Source of the DNA: an uncultured delta proteobacterium
GTDB lineage: Bacteria; Myxococcota; Myxococcia; Myxococcales; 40CM-4-68-19
Reading direction: 5' to 3'
Length of the DNA stretch: 64,000 nucleotides
NCBI GenBank assembly: GCA_903911145.1
Contig: CAIWCD010000003.1
Coordinates: forward strand, 64,642 to 128,641
Of this stretch, positions 59,446 through 64,000 are shown in pieces; position 1 is the stretch's first letter, and each line of letters starts with the position of its first letter. The translations under genes were made by a program, and so were the position numbers. The notes under the pieces were generated by a model, which was not told the origin of the DNA, did no database searches, and saw only the letters and a list, made by a program, of their open reading frames with translations.

Positions 59446-62400
59446 CTAAAGACCGCCGCTCATCGTCGCGAACACTCCGTGGTCGTCGCTGGCGATGAAG
59501 ATGTTGCCAGACGTCACCGGGTCGACCGCAATCGCACGCAGCTGCCTCGTCCCGAGGCCCGCGGAGATGTCACTCCAGGTCGAGCCACTATCCGTGCTCT
59601 TGAAGAGACCGCCGCTGCTGCCATTGCTTGAGTTGCCGAGCGCAATGAGGATGTTCGAGTGGAGCGGGTCGATGGCGATCGACGTCAGGTTCTGGACCGC
59701 CGTCGAGCCAAAGCCGAGGTCGTTCCAGCTGATCCCGCCGTCGACGGACTTGAGCACCTGGCTACCCGCAGGCTGGCCACCGACCACAACGTAGACCGTC
59801 GTCGGCACTGCAGCGTCCACAGTGATCGACCGGACATGACCGATGTTCTGTGCAGGTGCCGTCCAGCTGGTGCCACTGTCAGACGAGTACCAGAAGCCAG
59901 AATCACCGCCAGCGTAGAGCCGCGACGTCGCGCTCGGCGCAACGGCAAGCGCCCGCAGCCCCTGGGCGTTCACTCCGGCCGAGATCAGACTCCAGGTAGG
60001 CTTGGCATCGGTGAGATTCGTGCTCTGGTAGATCCCGGTGTCATAGACCAGCGCGTAGCCCGTCGATGAGGAAGCGAGCGAAATCGCGCTGGGAACGAAG
60101 TTCGCGTTCGTCGACTTCCAGGTGGCGCCGCCGTCCTTCGAGCGCAGAACGCCCTGCGCGCCAATGTAGACCGTGTTCGCGTCCGAGGGATCCACGGCAA
60201 TCGCCGTCGTGATCGCTGGATACGCGATTCCACTGCCCATCGCCGACGTCCAGGTTGCGCCGCGGTCTGCCGACTTCACGACGCTGTACCCTGCAAGCCC
60301 GTAGAGAATTGTAGGACGCGACTTGGCGATTGCAATGGCCGGTGCACTCGCCGCAGTAATCCCCGAATTCGCAACTGACCAGTGGCTCCCAGCATCCGTC
60401 GAGAGGAAGAGTCCGGCGCCGCCGATGGTGCCAGCGAGGACCTTCCCGTGTGCGATGGAAAGGGCATCAACGCCAACGAGCATCGAAGCCGAGCCGCCGG
60501 CGAGGGAGAAACTACCCGCACCATCGCCAATCTGCAGGCCGCCGCTCGTGCCCGCAATCAGGGCCTGTCCCGACCAGGCGAGGCTCCGGACCTGCGCGAT
60601 GGCGCCCACCGCGTTCCAGCTCTGCCCGCCGTCAGTCGACAGGAACACGCCGTTCGTCGTCCCGACCCAGATCCGATTGGCGTTGTTCGGGTCGATGATG
60701 ATTCCACCCTGGCAAGCCGCCGAGGCTGGACCGATCGACGCCCAGGTAGCACCGCTGTCCTGGCTCATCTGGACACCGGCACCATCCGTCGCTGCATAGA
60801 CCGTAGCCGGGTTCGCCGGGCTGATCGCAAGCGCAAGCACGGGCGCTGCAGGAGCGAGAGCGGTCGCCGACCAATTTGCCCCGTTGTTCGTGGAGACATA
60901 GACGGCGGAATAACTGGCCGCGTAGATCGTGCCACTATTGCCCGGGTCAGCAGCGAGCGCCGAGTAGGTGTCAGTCGCGACGAGGCCTCTGTTCACGGCC
61001 GTCCACGAAGTTGCACCAGACGCCAGAGCGTAGATGCCTGCCCCACGGGTGCCCGCGAAGACGCTCCCCGAGGAGAACGCCAGCGCATGAACTTCGTTCG
61101 AGCCCAGACCCGTTGACTTGGCGTTCCAGGTCGAGCCTGTATCAGTCGACTGGTAGACGCCCGCGCCACCTTGAACGGCCGCCCACGCGATCCGAACATT
61201 GCTGGGATCGAACGCCACCGCAGCGACCGAGCCTCCGAACACACCCGAGCCAGCTGCGTAGGCAGAGGTCTGCGTCGACACGCCCACTGTCGGCGACGGC
61301 GGGCTCGCGCCGGCGGGGCTCAGCGTGACGATCTGATAGTAGTAGGAGGCGCCATACGGAAGGTTGGCGTCGGAGTACGTCGTCCCGCCGGTCTCGCCGA
61401 TTTCGACGAAAGGCCCGTTCGGCGAGGTGCTCCGCTCGATGCCATAGTTCGTTGCGCCGGGAACGGCGGCCCAGGTCAGCACAACCGTGTCGCGATTATC
61501 GACTTCAAATCCGACGTTGCCTGGGGCAGGAAAGACCGTGGTCGCCGTTGCAACGTTCGAGTAATCGCTTTCCGCGACGCCTGTGACCGCCCGAATCTCG
61601 TAGTAGTAGGTGGTCGCCGGCGCGGGAGGGAAGGCGCTGTCCCCGCAGTTGCAGTAGGTCATGCTGGTCGTCGCACCGATCACGACAAAGCCGCTCGCAG
61701 GCGACGTCGAACGCAGAATCTCGTAGCCGGCGGCTGCCGCGTTGCCAGTCCACGTCAACGTGATGTCAAAGAGACTGTTGGTTGCAGCCAGCCCGCTCGG
61801 TGCATCAAGTGTCGTGATCGCCACCGCGATGTTCGAATCCGCGCTCTCAAGGTCCAACGTCACAGCGTGGACCACGTAGCTGTATTCCGACCCCTCATTG
61901 ACGCTCGCCGAGTCGACGTAAGACGCTGAGGATACCGTGGCGAGCGGTGCAAACGCACCATTGCCCGTGCCATCGCGGCGGTAGATCGCGTACTGCGTTG
62001 CGTTGGCAACGGCGCTCCAGGAGAGGCCCACAGTGGTCGCGCCAGGGTTCGCAGCCAGGTTCTGGGGCGCGGGCAGGTTCGTGATCGCTGACTGCTCCGT
62101 GGTCGCTGCGCTGGTCACCTGGTCGGTCGCGGCCTCGACTGCATAGAAGTAACGCTTGCCGTTCGGAAGCGTGCTGTCGGTCCAACCCGTACTCGTCGAG
62201 TCCGCAAGCTGAGTGGGCGCCGAGTTCGCATCACCCGCGCGAAGGACATGATACTTCGTCGCGCCCGGAACGCCATTCCAGCTGATCACCATCTGATTCG
62301 CGCCGCCCGTCACCACCAGGTTGCCAGGGGCAGCGATGGTCACCGGAACTGTTGCGGTGACAGTCTCGGCCGCCGACGCCTGGTTGGTTCCCGTGCAGCT

Positions 62401-63384
62401 CAAGAATACGGTCGGCCCGTTCCCCGCGATGAAGCGGACGGCAGCTCCCGTCGCACTGGTCGTGAGATCGGCGAAGCTCCCGCCGACGATCGTCCACGCA
62501 TAGGTAACGCCCTGCTGCGCCACAACGTGCGCATCGAGGTTGGTGGCACCAACCGGTGCGCTCGCGACAGTCGTGATCGTGAATCCGGAGGGGAGGATTC
62601 CCGGCGCAATCTGGACGGTCGCCTGCCCGTTCGCGGTTGTTCCCGAAGGATTCGTCGCTACGACAGAGATCACGACTGTCCCGGTGGCGCCCGCGGTGTA
62701 GGTCGTGGTGGTGCCGGCAGTCGAAGCGAGCGTGCCGTTCGCAATGCTCCATGCGTACGTCACGTTCGGCATCGGCGTGGTCACCTGCGCTGGGATTCCT
62801 GCGGTCGATGCGGTGACCGTCGCTGCCGTCGTGATCGCGATGGTGTTCGGCAGCGGCGCAACCAACGTCACTGTGGCGCTTGCCGTCGACGAGGAGCCAG
62901 CGACATTGGTCGCCGTCACCTGGAGGATCAGGAACGCGCCGGTACCTGCCGTAAACGTCACCGACGCGCCAGTCGCCTGCGCCGTCCCGTCCTGGAAGGT
63001 GCCGCCAGTAATGGTCCAGGCGTACGTCGCCGCCGGGTCGCCGGATGTCGCGGTCGCGATCAGTCCCGTCGCGCTCTGATCCGCAAACGCGGGAGCAGTG
63101 ATCGCGGCGGTGCCAACGGGCACTGCGCACGTCCCTGAAATGCAGGACGTCGCGCCGGTGCAGACGTTGCCGCACGCACCGCAGTTGGACGAAGTGCTGA
63201 CGTCCGTGCAGACCGTGCCGCACATCTTCTGCCCGGTCGGGCAGGCTGGCGCGTTCTCACAAACACCATCCGCGCCGCAAACTTCGCCGCTGGAGCACTG
63301 CGCGGTGGTCGTGCAGGTGACCTGATGCGCGCGAGGGGTACAGGCGGCAGCGCAAACGAGCGCAATGAGTGCAAATCGCTTCAT
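59446..63384 (-). CDS. large lipoprotein: Cys-rich N-terminus, PKD/Ig-like and FN3 repeats, BNR/Asp-box (VPS10-like) propellers
   Basis: AAAC lipobox; YAWTI.GG repeats; P.NL..LSW..V.GAT.Y..R..YYY FN3 repeats; many S.D.G.TW Asp-boxes. Confidence 0.85.
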   Translation of the reverse strand: MKRFALIALVCAAACTPRAHQVTCTTTAQCSSGEVCGADGVCENAPACPTGQKMCGTVCTDVSTSSNCGACGNVCTGATSCISGTCAVPVGTAAITAPAFADQSATGLIATATSGDPAATYAWTITGGTFQDGTAQATGASVTFTAGTGAFLILQVTATNVAGSSSTASATVTLVAPLPNTIAITTAATVTASTAGIPAQVTTPMPNVTYAWSIANGTLASTAGTTTTYTAGATGTVVISVVATNPSGTTANGQATVQIAPGILPSGFTITTVASAPVGATNLDAHVVAQQGVTYAWTIVGGSFADLTTSATGAAVRFIAGNGPTVFLSCTGTNQASAAETVTATVPVTIAAPGNLVVTGGANQMVISWNGVPGATKYHVLRAGDANSAPTQLADSTSTGWTDSTLPNGKRYFYAVEAATDQVTSAATTEQSAITNLPAPQNLAANPGATTVGLSWSAVANATQYAIYRRDGTGNGAFAPLATVSSASYVDSASVNEGSEYSYVVHAVTLDLESADSNIAVAITTLDAPSGLAATNSLFDITLTWTGNAAAAGYEILRSTSPASGFVVIGATTSMTYCNCGDSAFPPAPATTYYYEIRAVTGVAESDYSNVATATTVFPAPGNVGFEVDNRDTVVLTWAAVPGATNYGIERSTSPNGPFVEIGETGGTTYSDANLPYGASYYYQIVTLSPAGASPPSPTVGVSTQTSAYAAGSGVFGGSVAAVAFDPSNVRIAWAAVQGGAGVYQSTDTGSTWNAKSTGLGSNEVHALAFSSGSVFAGTRGAGIYALASGATSWTAVNRGLVATDTYSALAADPGNSGTIYAASYSAVYVSTNNGANWSATALAPAAPVLALAISPANPATVYAATDGAGVQMSQDSGATWASIGPASAACQGGIIIDPNNANRIWVGTTNGVFLSTDGGQSWNAVGAIAQVRSLAWSGQALIAGTSGGLQIGDGAGSFSLAGGSASMLVGVDALSIAHGKVLAGTIGGAGLFLSTDAGSHWSVANSGITAASAPAIAIAKSRPTILYGLAGYSVVKSADRGATWTSAMGSGIAYPAITTAIAVDPSDANTVYIGAQGVLRSKDGGATWKSTNANFVPSAISLASSSTGYALVYDTGIYQSTNLTDAKPTWSLISAGVNAQGLRALAVAPSATSRLYAGGDSGFWYSSDSGTSWTAPAQNIGHVRSITVDAAVPTTVYVVVGGQPAGSQVLKSVDGGISWNDLGFGSTAVQNLTSIAIDPLHSNILIALGNSSNGSSGGLFKSTDSGSTWSDISAGLGTRQLRAIAVDPVTSGNIFIASDDHGVFATMSGGL

Positions 63385-63432
63385 AAAACGGACCTCGGTT
63401 GAAACGGACCAGATGGAGTTCATGTTCGTCAC

Positions 63433-64000
63433 CTAGTTCCGGATCGGGGCGGCAGGAATCGATGAACGCTTCGTATGCTTGCTTCGTTCGGCCGGCATGA
63501 AGCTGGCTCCAACCGGCACAGTGACGAAGCTGTTGCAATCGACCGACATTCCATTGAATTGGTCGATGGCACGCAGGCGCACAGAGTAGGAACCGGTCGT
63601 CTGCGTGCTCGACAGCTGCACAGCCGACGTTCCGAGATCAGAGAGGGAGAGCGGCGTCCCACTGGCTGCTCCGCTCATCATCACCAGCTGAACGTCGACG
63701 GGGTGACGGAAGACGGCCGACCAGTCGACCTCCTGGCCACCACCGCTCGTCACGTTCAGGTTCGTCGGGCAGGTCAGCGTCGGCGCGGCAACCGGCTCGC
63801 TGGTAACGGTCACGTTTGCAGTGCAGGTCGACACGTTCCTGTGAGCGTCGGTGGCGGTGAACGTCACCGCAGTAGTCTCATTCGCCGGGAACAGCCAAGG
63901 CGCGCTGTTCGTCAGCGAAGGCGACGAGTCGACGATGTCTGATGCGCTCGCGTTGGCAAAGAATGCTGCGATCGCATCGCTTGTCGGCTCGTCCATCCCG
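63433..64000 (-). CDS. HYR/Ig-like repeat protein (3' part only)
   Basis: TTAVTFTATDAHRNVSTCTANVTV, PTLTCP; the ORF continues beyond the window. Confidence 0.7.
   Translation of the reverse strand, partial: GMDEPTSDAIAAFFANASASDIVDSSPSLTNSAPWLFPANETTAVTFTATDAHRNVSTCTANVTVTSEPVAAPTLTCPTNLNVTSGGGQEVDWSAVFRHPVDVQLVMMSGAASGTPLSLSDLGTSAVQLSSTQTTGSYSVRLRAIDQFNGMSVDCNSFVTVPVGASFMPAERSKHTKRSSIPAAPIRN

Overview
High-GC bacterial window, most likely Myxococcota/deltaproteobacterial, based on a MYXO-CTERM tag, Cys-rich repeat surface proteins and several sigma54-type promoters. I saw no rRNA, tRNA, CRISPR array, integrase or transposase. In order, it holds: the 5' part of a CheB/CheR fusion; a ppk2; a five-gene operon (4028-14330) that looks like a complete cytoplasm-to-surface electron conduit; two divergent lipoprotein genes each carrying half of an OmpA/MotB peptidoglycan-binding domain; ClC and MarR; a GT-C/GT2/GH92 glyco-cluster; a porin, soluble MCP and acs; a GH13 facing a glycogenin/IPUT1-like GT8; an O2/redox-type chemosensory operon (cheA, cheW, globin-MCP, cheB, cheR, cheY fusion, CZB) flanked by two bacteriohemerythrins; a methionine gamma-lyase-like gene; a DUF2946/CruR-like leader upstream of a TonB-dependent receptor; a 2314-aa TraA+TraB-like fused adhesin; and a large FN3/BNR lipoprotein. 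The conduit operon encodes 27-, 20- and 10-heme c cytochromes (57 CxxCH in total), a beta-barrel, and an inner-membrane heme-b-type domain fused to a ferredoxin and a circularly permuted TrxR-like flavoprotein. All calls come from reading motifs by eye; no searches were run.
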